Shown one piece after another: positions 48,571-60,794 of a stretch of 64,000 bases of DNA. The translations under genes and the position numbers were made by a program. The notes beneath the pieces are model-generated. The model did no database searches, had not been told where the DNA came from, and saw nothing but the letters and a program-made list of their open reading frames with translations. The stretch lies in contig OZ336870.1 in assembly GCA_965287045.1 (NCBI GenBank), positions 130,448,001 through 130,512,000 of the forward strand, given 5' to 3'. Each line of letters begins with the position of its first letter. The first letter of the stretch is position 1. The DNA is from Carcharhinus amblyrhynchos (taxonomy: Eukaryota).

Positions 48571-50019
48571 GCTCTCATATTCAAACAGATCATTGCAGCA
48601 CTTGCATATAATCATGTTGTAACAAAAATGCCACATGATTCTTTTGCCCTTTCACTGACATTTTTCAAATTTTCAATGCAGGAGGTGCCCGTTTTGAAAT
48701 TGCACCACTTTTCAAGACAGCTGTACAACCTTCTCTCGCTTTCTCAATGAAAGCAATTATCTTTTTACAGAAATAATCAAGGCGAATAGTAATTAAGTTA
48801 TCTTTCACACTTTCCACATTAAATTGTCGTGTTTTCCAGGCTCTGTCTCTAGCAGTTCAGCCATCTGCAGAGAACACAAAGGAAAGCTCTTACCAGCTGT
48901 TTGCTTTAACTGCAACATGTTCATCTAAACCTGACAGAATTTCTAGCCCCTTGCAATTATTACTAGAATAGGATAGATTCCTCATGTGTCTGTAATTATT
49001 ACTCTTACAAACTGCAAAAGGAGTACTGTGAAAAAACCAAAGTTCAAGGTAACTTCTATCTTTGCGAGAAATAATTATGTCAAGCTAAATGTTTAATTTG
49101 GATTGCCTGAGCTGCAAAGAGTTAACTTTTCAAGTGTCACAATATTTTAATTTGATTCGCATGAACAAAGGAGAATTAAATAGATCAGATTTTCAACTCC
49201 ACAACGTTCCATGCATTTACAATGCCTGGGAACTGTAATTGTGTGCTTTTGCCGTATTTTAGGTATTCAGCATTTCTTACAACATCAAAACTTTAAGAAA
49301 TGAATTAATTCCATAGTCCTTAACATGTTGAGTTCCTAATTATAGGCTGCCAAGCACAAGAGGGAGAGAAAACATGTCAGCAAGTCACTCCAGTTCCTAA
49401 ATTTTATGGCCTCGCTCATCTCAAAACTGTAAAATTCCGCCCGAGATCAACAGATTTTCCCATTGTCCGTTCCTCACCCACTCTGATTTCCATGGCGGGT
49501 GGGACAGTAAAATTCCAGGGCAAGTCTCTGTTACACGCACCTGTCAGCAGTTACCTCTAGCGCAGCATTTACAAGGGCCTGAGAGCCACTTGTCTATCTG
49601 CAGGGGCACAGAATGCTGCATGACTTGGAAAGGATAAAAATTAAAATCAGCAATGAGCTTTTTGAAATTTTGACGAAGCAAATATGAAATGCAAAACAAT
49701 TCTTTTGAATACTTCCAAATACAAGGAATAGATGTGACATCAGTAGAGCTATCTGTATACCACTGATCAAATTGACAGTATTCAATGCTCCTCTCCAATT
49801 TAGGATTTATTCTGCAAAACGCATTGCAAAAGTTAGATATTTTAACTATCATTAATTATCATTAATCCTGTCAATAAACAGCATCCAGTGCAAAATTACA
49901 TTTGAAACAATGGGAGTGCTGTCAGTATACTTTTTCAACATGGCATCAATATGAACTTTCATCAAGTCAGCCAATAGACTGCAATGTATAATAGCGACAC
50001 AGTTTATAGTGAACAAAGT

Positions 50020-50980
50020 TATAAGAACATAAGAAATAAGAGCAGGAGTAGGCCATCTAGCCCTTCGAGCCTGCCCCGCCATTCAATAAGATCATGGCTG
50101 ATCTGTCGTGGCTCAGTTCCACTTTCCCGCCCTCTCCCCATAACCCTTAATCCCTTCTCTTATCAAAAACCCATCAACCCGCGTCTTAAAAATATTTAGC
50201 GAGGCAGCCTCCACCACTTCAATGGGCAGAGAATTCCAGAGATTCACCACCCTTTGAGTGAAGAAGTTCCTCCTCAACTCCGTTCTAAACCACCCCCCCC
50301 TTTATCTTGAGGCTGTGGCCCCTAGTCCTACTGTCTTTTTTGAGCGGGAAGAGTCTCTCCACCTCTATCCTATCCATCCCATTCATCATCTTATACGTCT
50401 CAATGAGATCTCCCCTCATTCTTCTAAACTCTAACGAGTACAAGCCTAGTTTATTCAGCCTCTCCTCATAGCTCAACCCCCTCAACTCTGGTATCAGCCT
50501 AGTAAACCTCCTCTGCACTCCCTCCAAGGCCAAAATATCTTTGCGCAGGTGCGGCGCCCAAAACTGCACACAGTACTCCAGCTGCGGCCTCACCAATGCC
50601 CTATACAGCTGCAGCAAGACCTCCCTACTTTTATATTCAATCCCCCTCACTATGAAGGCCAGCATCCCATTCGCCTTCCTGACCACCTGCTGCACCTGCA
50701 AGCTGGGTTTTTGCGACTCATGCACAAGGACCCCTAGCTCCCTCTGCACTGTCGCCTGCTGCAGTTTTTCGCCACGTAAGTAATAATCCTTCCTACCATT
50801 ATTCCTACCAAACTGGACCACCTCACACTTGCCAACATTAAATTCCATTTGCTATTTCCTGGCCCATTCGCCCAGCCTATCTAGATCCTTCTGCAGACTC
50901 TCCACACCCTCCGCACAATTTGCCGTTCCCCCAATCTTGGTGTCATCAGCAAATTTCGACACCCTACACTCGGTTCCCTC
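50020..50980 (-). mobile_element. Relatively young 5'-truncated CR1 LINE
   Basis: KFADDTKIGG motif and 187-aa ORF (FNVGKCEVV...LVRPQLEYCVQFWAP...SRTRGHSLKI); CpGs retained; short tandem tail at about 50020-50035. Confidence 0.93.
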
Positions 50981-52385
50981 CTATATTAGATAAATTGTAG
51001 CCAAATACTAAGTGAAATCTATCAATGCATATCAGACTGTTTATTTAAGCAGAAGAACTGAAATATCAAAGGATTGTACAGATCGCCCCCATTCTGACCT
51101 TATGGTATATGCTTAGTTTATTAAGGTAGGGTAAATGAGATTTCATGCAGCCAAGACTTGGTACCATGCTTTGAGCTCTTTCTACCAGCCCCATAAATCA
51201 GCAGAACCCATTTATAATCAGGTACTCATGCATTCTGTGAAGTTTGAACTGTCCCACTGATTTTGTGCACTAAAAGCTCTGTGGTGCCCATAAAACAAGT
51301 TACTAAAATTATTGTACTGTGCTGCATGACTTTGCAATTAAGTGTTGTGTCCACCTTAATGTAGTTGAAGAAATGACCCATACGCTGGTAATGGATAGGG
51401 AGAATTCTAATAGCCTGTGTGTGTTGCCCCAAAATTAAACACATTCACTATTATAGAACATTTTAAATTATTGTATTTGTGTTGCTATTTATCAAAGTTC
51501 ACCATTTTATTCATTAATTCTGCTTTAGCAGTGTCTCCTCACCTAATGAAAACTACTGTCAACTAATAGTAGATTCAAAATTATTTTGTAACGAAGATTA
51601 ATATCAAACCCAATGTATTAAAATGAACACTTCTTGGGAAGCGGTTAGCTCAGTTGGTAAAATGGCTAGCATGTGGTTCAATGTAACAGCACTGGATTCA
51701 ATCCCCATTCCACCCCCCCCTCTCATTCCCTGCCACTCGCTGTTGCTCTCTTGACCCTCTCACTCTCTCCAACTCCCTGCTTCTCTCTCCTGACCCCATA
51801 ATTTCCTCCCAAACACCACTTTCTCACTGTTTCCCTCTCTTGAACCTCACTTGCTTGTTGCCTTACCAATGCTCTCAGAGCCCTTGACATTGATGAGGGG
51901 TCCAAAAGAGGAGAAGTGAGAGAAAAATAAGCAGGATTTCAAGAGAGGGACAACGAGAGGGTATGAATGAGCAGAAGGGAGTGGGATGGCAAGCAACTGG
52001 TGAATGGTAAGATAGTAAATGGATAGAGAATCTTAAGCTCAAGGCAACTATTAGGATTTTAATGTGAAAATAACAGATCAAGAACTTAACCCACCGTTAT
52101 TACATGTTTTTTTATGGGAAAGTGATTTCCATTTAGCACCTTTTTGCTTAGCACACTGGTTTTTAGGCACTCTTGCTGGCCGTTCATGCCACACTCCCGC
52201 TGCAGCAAGGTCGGAGAATTTGGCGCCCAGCCAAATCTCCATTCACGACAGCAAAATGGGAAAATCCCGCCAACATGAATGGTGATAACATTCTGGCCTA
52301 GGAGTGCTAAACAATTACTAGCTGTAGTACGATTTACATAAAGAGACAAAAGATCATTCATTATACTGCTGAGGGTAAACTACCT

Positions 52386-53096
52386 GGCCTGGATTTTGCT
52401 GTAATAATAATGTTGAAGGTATCAGTGTTCATTGTTATTCTGGGGTAATTTGGATGGAAAGCTCTGGCATCCACACTTGTGCAGTTAAGCTCAGAAGTCC
52501 AGAAATTGCAGTCAGAGATGCCTTGTTTCTATACAGGCTGACCCTGTTGATAGCTTTGACATTGAAATGATGTAATAGTGTAAACTTAGGGTACTTGCCA
52601 AATTGTTCCACACTAAAAATGGTTGACGAAGTTACGGCTAAAGCAGTCAGTGGCAAGTGATACTTATAATTGAAAAACCTCTCTGGCTCTGAAAAAAAAC
52701 AATTTTACAAGTGTGGAATCTAAATCCCCCAGAAGAAAATTAGTGTTAGAGACTTCTTAAAAAAATAATCTTTTTTACTTTAGCTGTCTATCTTTTTCAT
52801 CTCACTTCCTTAAACCCATCTGTATAATCTGATCTTTATTTCATGCCTGGTACATCATTTAAATCTAATTTACACTTCCTGCTTTTGACTTGCTGGTTTG
52901 GACTCTGTGGGGCTCAATGAGGATATTTCAGTCTGATTGCTTGAAGAGCCTGATAGTTCCTTGACCTGCTGTCACATGCTTCAGAAACCCTGTGGAGTGT
53001 AGATGGTGCCATATTGGACCATATGTCTGACGACTGTAAGTTTTATGTTCTAAAGCTAGTCAAACAGATATGGGCAGATGTCAGCAAGATGAACAA
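52386..53096. mobile_element. Degenerate non-autonomous DNA element with short terminal inverted repeats
   Basis: GGCCTGGATTTTG at the left end versus CAAAATCCTGGCC at the right end (12/13 inverted match); no coding capacity. Confidence 0.5.
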
Positions 53097-54894
53097 TAAA
53101 CATTGTTTCTTCCTTGCTGACCACAAAATCCTGGCCCTTCTTAACAATTGCAATCTTGGAATTAATATTTTGAAATTGAATTAACAATCGACCAGGAAAC
53201 TTCAATCACCTATTGACAAGTCTTGAATTCAAGTGATGCAGTCAAAATCACTCGTTTTAAATCAGTGGAACAATAATTTTGTATCTTGTGTTTGGAAGTA
53301 CATTTACCATTCACAATTATACTAGAAACTGGATGGCTGCCATCAATGCAGACTGACTCTTAAAATCAGGCAATGGTAATTAAATACAGGAATATGTTTC
53401 AGTTGTGTTTGCATAATAATTGCCAAACATTGTTGTCCATGCAAGATATCAGTGGTAGTTCCTTCTGGTCTTAAATTTAAATTATATAAGTATCAGCACA
53501 TGCCGTTGTTACAAAAATGTTGACTTATTTACCAGTAGCACAGAAATAACCAATTTGCGATTGTAAAAAACGTGAAGAGTCATAAAAGCCAGCATAAATA
53601 GTCCCAATGACAGCGCTGAACAAACAGCCATTGTACTGAAGGTGAATGACACTTGGTTGTTTGTGCAGGTCAGTGATCTGAGTTTGAGAGCTGGGTTTAT
53701 ACAACTGCATCTATGGGAGAGAACACTTAAATATCATGCAGAGTGACCATTTTATTCTTTCGTGCTCCTTTTTATGTGCATATATAATCATATATCACAC
53801 ACATATAACAAGGAACAGGATTTAAAATGTGGGTTTACTAACCACAATGTACAACTTTAAGGTAACTATGGGGATTTAAGAGTCTCTGCCCACAAGGCTG
53901 AAAATAAATAGTAAAAGTGAGTCATTGAATGCAGTCCCTAGATTGCAGTCTCTACAATTACTGAGCATAGATCATGATTGAGCTGCTTTCAGTTTCTGGG
54001 TTTTGTTTTTAGTGAATTGGTACTTTTTGTACTACGGTAATGACATTTTACTGGCAAAGGAAACCCTGTCACCCCAAACAACTGGAACATTGAAACTACA
54101 GTGAGGCTCCAGCAGATTTGAAATCAAGGCTCTCTGTGAGCTGACCAACTCACAAGACATCAATCAGTCGGTACGAAAACAACAGGCAATGTCCTTGCCA
54201 TATGGCACTTGTGAGAGAACAAGAAGAAAAATGTGTCCTTCCTGAGTGTAAACTGCAGATTATGCTGAAGACAGACTGTGACTATAACGCAACAAACTAT
54301 ATCAAATCTGCTCATAAAGGGTGGGGAATTCTTTGAACAATTAACAACATTTTTAAAAATATTAAACTGCCTTTCCATTTCTTCTAATTATCTAGGAACA
54401 TTGCCATTTCTGATTCCATCATTAATCAGGAATCCATATAAACTCTTTAGAATTCACTCCCATTTACACAAATATACTTACAAAGGCAATGTCTTGAATC
54501 ATAGTTTTCTGCTTTATAGCAAGTTGCAAATCTTTAGTGGAAGATAGGATGAAAAGAATGGGTCTATAACACATACTGTGGAGGTCTTACATCAGATACA
54601 TCACAAATGTGGCCATAAAAGTAAAGTATCTAATGATTTATTCATATCTCATTGTAATCCATTTTCACATTATTGCACCCATTCCAATACTGTTATGATT
54701 GTGAAGCCACAACTCATGTTATGAATTGCGAGCCATTTACTAGCCTTTTCTGCAATTAAAAACACTGATAGGCTGGTGTTTCTAGAAATATTAGCAGTAA
54801 TCTAAATTACTTACGAATGTACTGAGATATATGCAGGAGACTAAATTTCAAACTATCTTAGTTGGTAAACTGTTTAAATGAGTCCTAACACTCA

Positions 54895-55235
54895 GGGTGG
54901 CACGGTAGCACTGCTGCTTCACAGCTCCAGGGACCTGGGTTCGATTCCCGACTTGGGTCACTGTGTGTGAAGTTTGCACATTCTCCTCGTGTCTGTGTGG
55001 GTTTCTTCCGAGTGCTCTGGTTTCCTCCCACTGTTCAAAGATGCGTGGGTTAGGCTGATTGGCCATGCTAAAATTACCCCTTAGTGTTCTGAGATGTGTA
55101 AGTTAGAGGGATTAGTAGGTAAATATGTAGGAATATGGGGGTAGGGCCTGGGTGGGATTGTGGTTGGTGCAGACTTGGCGGACCAAATGGCCTCTTTCTG
55201 CATTGTAGTGTTTCTATGAACTTCTATTCAATGAA
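54895..55235 (+). mobile_element. V-SINE, full length
   Basis: GGTGGCACGGTAGCACTGCTGC head, B-box GGTTCGATTCC, V-domain, CR1-like tail. Confidence 0.88.
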
Positions 55236-55355
55236 CGTAGAGGTCATTCTCTTCACCCAGTTTGTACTGGTCTCCAATTTCTGGTCAACAGCTTGGGTTT
55301 CCGCGTTTCATTTAAATAGAAGACCAGACTTTTAAAACTTGGCATTTGAAGTGAT

Positions 55356-55676
55356 CGTGGAATCATGTAGAATCACTATGGTGCAGGAGGCCATTCAGCC
55401 CAATGAGCCTGTACCAATAACAATCTTACCCAGGTCTTATCCCTGTAACCCACATATTTACCCTGCTGATCCCCCTGACACTAAGGGGCAATTTAGCATG
55501 GCCAATCAACCTAACCCACACCTCTTCAGACTGTGGAAGGAAACTGGAGCACCCGGAGAAAACCCATACAGACAGGGGGAGAATGTGCAAACTCCACAGA
55601 GACAATGATCCAAGGCTGGAATTAAACCGGGGTTCCTGATGCTGTGAGGCAGCAGTGCTAACCACCATGCTGCCCA
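55356..55676 (-). mobile_element. V-SINE, full length, inverted relative to its neighbour
   Basis: Reverse complement of the same family as 54895-55235 and 6803-7133. Confidence 0.88.
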
Positions 55677-56194
55677 AGATCAATGCTCTGATTTTTCTAG
55701 CTCAAAATCTGGTTTTAATAGATACTTTGAATTTTGAGAAGATTCTGGGCTAGGGGAGTAATCCATTAAACCACGTCAATCCTGCAACATATACAATATA
55801 TCAATATGCCTCAGATCTGGTTTCAGCAGAATAGTGGCTAATTACCTGTCTGCATTCTGAAAACACACTGAAAATCAGAGAATGAAACATCCTCATTTTG
55901 CTTCTGCCAAAACGATGAAGCATTTCCAGGCATTGTAAGGAGTACAGCTGATACTCGATAATTATACTGCAGTAAGCCTTAACCCCCAACCTCGAGTGCA
56001 ATTCTGATGCAAATTGTACAAATTACAGGAACTGGATTAAGACTCCACAAATGCATTTCATAGTGGTCCCTTATAGCCAGCAGCAATTCAAATGCCTAGA
56101 TCTCAAATATGAAAGGACAATGTGTTAGCCTACCAAACAACCCTGCCTGATTATCTTGAATTCTGAAGGAATTAATTTATTGAACAAGATCTAT

Positions 56195-56697
56195 GATAGC
56201 ATTTTGTCCAACAAGGGAAGGGGACAAAAAACAGATAACTATAGGCCAGTTAGCTTACTATTTGTCACTGGGAAAATGTTAGAGTCCATTGTAAAGAATG
56301 TAACAGCAGAGCATTTAGATATACTTAATATAATCCAGCAGAGTTAAGATTTGCCTTTCATGAAATCGTGCCTGACAAATTCATTAGAATTCTTTAGGTG
56401 GTAAGGTAACAAGCAGGATGGCACAGTGGTTAGCACCGTTGCCTCAGAGCTCAAAGGACCCAGGTTCACCTTGGGTGACTGTGTGGAGTTTGCATATTCT
56501 CCCTGTGTCTTTAGGGGTTTTCTCTGGATGCTCTGGTTTCCTCCCAGAGTCTCAAAATGTGGAGACTAGGGGGATTAGTGGAGTAAATATGTGGGCTTAC
56601 AGGGATGGGGGAGTGGGGGAGGTAGGCCTGGCTAAGAGAGTTGGTGCAGACTTGATGGGCTGAATAGCCTCCTTCTGCATTGTAAGGATTCTATGAA
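56195..56697 (+). mobile_element. CR1 RT fragment (to about 56415) followed directly by a V-SINE (about 56416-56697)
   Basis: KGRGQKTDNYRPVSLL..GKMLESIVK RT N-terminal motif, then SINE head GATGGCACAGTGGTTAGCACCG. Confidence 0.8.
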
Positions 56698-57608
56698 AAA
56701 TCAATCCTCCATTTCAGAGGAGGAACAGCAGAGTGGCCAGGGAAATGGAACAATACTAATGTACTCCCAATAAGATTATAGAAATATTTAGGCCAAAAGA
56801 AAGCTTACAAACTTCTTTACTTTCCACAGGCATTTAATCTTCAATAAAGGCAAAGTGTTGTTAATTCCAGTCTGAATAAACTTAACACACAAACATAATG
56901 CATGGTCTGATCTGGAATCTGGTTGCTTATATTAGGTTTCTCATAACTAGTGACAGTGACAGATTATTAGTCATCCACTAGTAGGTTGGAGATATTTTAA
57001 AAGCAGCAGATTACAGCAGAATGCATAAAATAGACAGGAAGGATATGAGCATTTTCTGTGGTCACCACAAGAGCTGCAATTTTCAGCACAGAGTATATTT
57101 TAAAAGAGGTAATTGTATTTGTGGTGTATGGTAGTTGTCACTAAGTGCTGAGCATGTCTGTTTTGCACCGAATCTGGACCGAGTCTCCACTATTTCGGAA
57201 AATTATCAAAATAGTTTTACTCGTTTTTTGTAGCCACTAGAAAGAAATATGGGAGAAAAAAGCCTGGAAATACAGAAGTCTGATAGCAAGCGGAAACCAC
57301 CAAAAGAGTTTTAAAATTCAAAGCTAGCCACAGCTTGGATGATTGTTTGAAAACCATTCATTTATTCTGAGTGTAAAATAGTCTGTTACTGCAGAAGGAT
57401 TTCTTTTTCTGTAACAAGCAAGATTCCATAGGAGCCAAAAAAGCTATTTTTCAGTGGTGGGGAAAGGGGAAAATTATTCAACAAAGTGAAATTTTTATGA
57501 GCAGCGCACTTATCAAAAATAAAACTGAACGATCATTTAGCTGCTCATCACTAATTTCTGCAACACCTTCTATCCTTTATAACCCAGTTTCTGTTAATGT
57601 AACTCAAT

Positions 57609-58981
57609 GGGCAGAATTCTTTCATTCAGGGCTAAGTCTTGAGGCGGGGACAGGGAGTGTTTCCTGCTGTGAAAGTCAACAGGGAACCACACCTTATCTT
57701 TCATCCCCAACATAATTAATTGTGCATCTGAGGGATTTGCACTGTCTGCCGCGACATGGCGGGTTTGATGGCGAACATCCGACTCTTATACCTGGATTCT
57801 ATATTGAAAAAACACCCAACATTATTGACCCACCATTGAAGAAAGAAGATGGACATCCTGGAGGAAGATGATGGATCTCCAGGAACGCTCTGAGGCTGGA
57901 AGATGAACTTCACAAATACACTGAAGCTGGAAGATAATCCCCCGCTCACTGCTGTAGTGTTCCTGGATCCAGGGATGCTGGTGACTTCCATCCTGAACCC
58001 TGAAGGAAGCCCCTGGCCCTCTTTAGGAAAGTCACGAATTTTGCATGCTTAGACCAATGTGCTTTCCCACTGGCATTAAGGAAAATTGGGCTCGAGGGGA
58101 GGATTTCAGTCAGGCCTTCATTTGCATCCCATTATCAGGATGCAAATCAGTTTCATGCCAGCCTCCAGCAGGATTGCTGATCCATCATGGTGGGCACCAT
58201 CAGAAGATCTTGCAATTCCCCCTTTACCAGCGCATTTGCCAGTCCAGATTCGGCGCAAAACAGACACGCTCAGCAAAGTCTATTTCTGGCACTCCAGCTT
58301 CTGAAGAGGTAAATTCAGAGCTTCCAGTGGCTCTCTGACTCAGATCAGTGGTTGGGGCAGAGGGGTAAGAGAAGAGGGCCAGATGTATCTGTGGTGAGAG
58401 GGGAAAAGGTGGGAGGCCAGCTCTTTCTCATGTGGGGGAGGGGTGGAGGAAGAGGGAGGCTAGATCGACCTCTGGTGGGGGGGAGGGGGGTAGGAGAAGG
58501 GAGGCAGGTCAGATTGTTCTATGATGGGGAGAGAGGTAGATTAGATGTATTTCTGATGGGGGGGGGCAGGGGTTAGGGGTGGGGGTGCCTGCTGCCACTC
58601 TGCGGGCGATCGGTGGGAGGGGTCAGAGGGTCACGATCAGTCTGGGTAGCGGGGGGATGGGTGGATAAGGAAGACAGTTATCTTGTGAGGGTGGGTGATG
58701 TCTGTGGAAGTTATCGCTCTGGGGCCGCTTTATCCGCTTTTTGTGGCCTGGGACTGATGTGGGAAGGGAGCATTTTTCAAATTTTCTTTACTGCGCATGT
58801 GCAGTTGAAGCCTCCGATTGGAGCATTTTGGGCACAATAAACTCCGCGCACAGTGCGATTTAGACTTGCCACTTTTCTTTCAGGCTGAGGTCGTATGGGG
58901 GTGCCTGAGAACAGGTTTCCAAATTGGATCTGAATCATGCCCAGATTCAGCACTTAGAATCGAAATGGTAAAATCGGGCCC
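57609..58981. mobile_element. GC-rich non-autonomous DNA element (MITE-like) with internal G-rich tract
   Basis: Sharp GC rise bounded by GGGCAGAATTCT ... AAAATCGGGCCC imperfect inverted ends; similar ends on smaller elements at about 45247-45442 and 49404-49521. Confidence 0.55.
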
Positions 58982-59067
58982 TCAGTTTTTCATGTTATTG
59001 AAAGCCCATTTAGATAATTCCTTCATTAAAATAAGAAACTGAAATTTGAAGGCACCAATTTTTTTTA

Positions 59068-59340
59068 AACAAGTTTATTTATTAGTGTCACAAGTAGACT
59101 TAAATTAACATTGCAATGAAGTTACTGTGAAAATCCCCTGGTGGCCACACTCTGGCGCCTATTTGGGTACGCAGAGAGAGAATTTAGCATGGCCAATGCA
59201 CCTAACCAGCACATCTTTCAGGCTGTGGGAGGGAACCAGACCACCCAGAGGAAACCCACGCAGACATGGTGGGGGGGATGTGCAGACTCCATGCAGATAG
59301 TGACCCAAGCTGGGAATCAAACCCAGGTCCTTGGTGCCAT
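59068..59340 (-). mobile_element. HE1-like V-SINE
   Basis: Reverse complement of 1337-1609, including the TTTTCACAGTAACTTCATTGCA tail. Confidence 0.85.
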
Positions 59341-60771
59341 TCAGCACTTTTTAATATTAACACACAGTTTGAATTCCAACATATCTATTGAAGAAAACCT
59401 AAATTAAACATATCTTAATTGAGTAATATCTGCATTGATTTGAATAATGTAAATAGGAACACATCCTCCTTTTCTCCCGCAAGTGAAGTAAATCAGTTTG
59501 AATCAGTTCAGGTTTTGCCACTCAGCACTGCAAGTCACAGAGGGAACCATCCTCATAAGCATTGGTTAACTTTAATTTTATTCACTAAGTACATACTACA
59601 CAAAGCCACGGCCTTTGTTAATATTCACTTAATTGTGCATAGCCCTGAAGAAATCTGAAAGAGGCAAAATCTGATGAATGATAAATGAGGCTTTAGAGAA
59701 AATTGAAAATAACTGTTAATATAAATGAACAGTTAGTTCATCTATTTACTGACGCGGAGTGTATTTGTAGAAAAGCTTTGGTCACTTGTGGGATTACCTT
59801 TGATGAAAGAGAGAGTATATTTACAGTCCAGATTAGATTTAATAATTTCTTAAGGATTGTAATTTGGATATACGTGTTAAATTGTTGATAAGAATGTCAA
59901 ACCTAGCATTCATGTCCGTTGAGAAGAATGAAAAGAATTCCAGTCAGAAAGTAGAGGCATTCACAATTAGATTAATTTCATTAGATAGAACCAAAAATGT
60001 TCTTTAGATTGGCCTCAGAGCAATTGTGGAATTTTCCATTACAGAAGAAATCTTACTTCATTCACTTGTAGCAATGACCTTTATGCCAATTTCCACAGTT
60101 TGGATACAATTCTCAGTACACTGGGCTTAAGTCAGTTCGTATTAAATTGACATGAAAACAAAACCCAGATGTTTTATTCCTGCTGGTTTAAACTTTACCT
60201 CAAAGACACAGGGCCAGTGGAATAATATTACCCCAGAACTGCCAGAGATAATTGACTAGCGTCCATGATAACATGAGAAGACAGTGACTTGCACAGTCGT
60301 AAACATGTTAGTGGCAATTCTTTCTAAGGAAGTGGTACCCCAGTCATCATCAGGAATTTCAAATACACAGAAGAAATTCAATTTCTGCCTACCTGCTCTG
60401 TGGAAGTAAAATGGGCTTTAAGCCAACAAATTTAATACTGGATTACACTCTACCTGTACTGAATCAAAGAAATGGCATACATCATACTCAAGTGATCCCA
60501 GATCCCCAACCTGAAACAGATGTAAAGCATCCAGGATCCACAAATACAGAATTCAGTTCCAAATGGGCAGCCGTGTCTTGTAAATTATCCGCCTAGTTCC
60601 AGAAATTGAGCAAGATAACCAGCATCCATAAAGGCACATGTTCTGCCTAGTTCCAATGTGGTAAAGCTGAAATGTTCCTCAGGGCCACAAAGATGTTCCC
60701 ACTTTTTGCAGCTGCATTTGAGGACCTCTCCCCCATCCCCTCCACCTAACACTTTCACCACCAACTACGTA

Positions 60772-60794
60772 CCCCCCCCCCCCCCCCCCCCCCC
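60772..60794. repeat. Poly-C homopolymer (about 23 nt)
   Basis: Directly visible C run. Confidence 0.9.

Noticed and set aside
51638-51715. tRNA gene (TAGCTCAGTTGGTA ... GGATTCAATCCCC)
   Set aside because: A/B-box-like motifs only, no cloverleaf; probably a decayed tRNA-derived SINE head
58352-58840. Gly/Arg-rich ORFs resembling RGG proteins
   Set aside because: By-product of a G-rich low-complexity tract inside a non-autonomous element
60772-60794. Poly-C run as a functional G-quadruplex
   Set aside because: Simple homopolymer inside a degenerate repeat; its length is unreliable in assemblies and there is no supporting context
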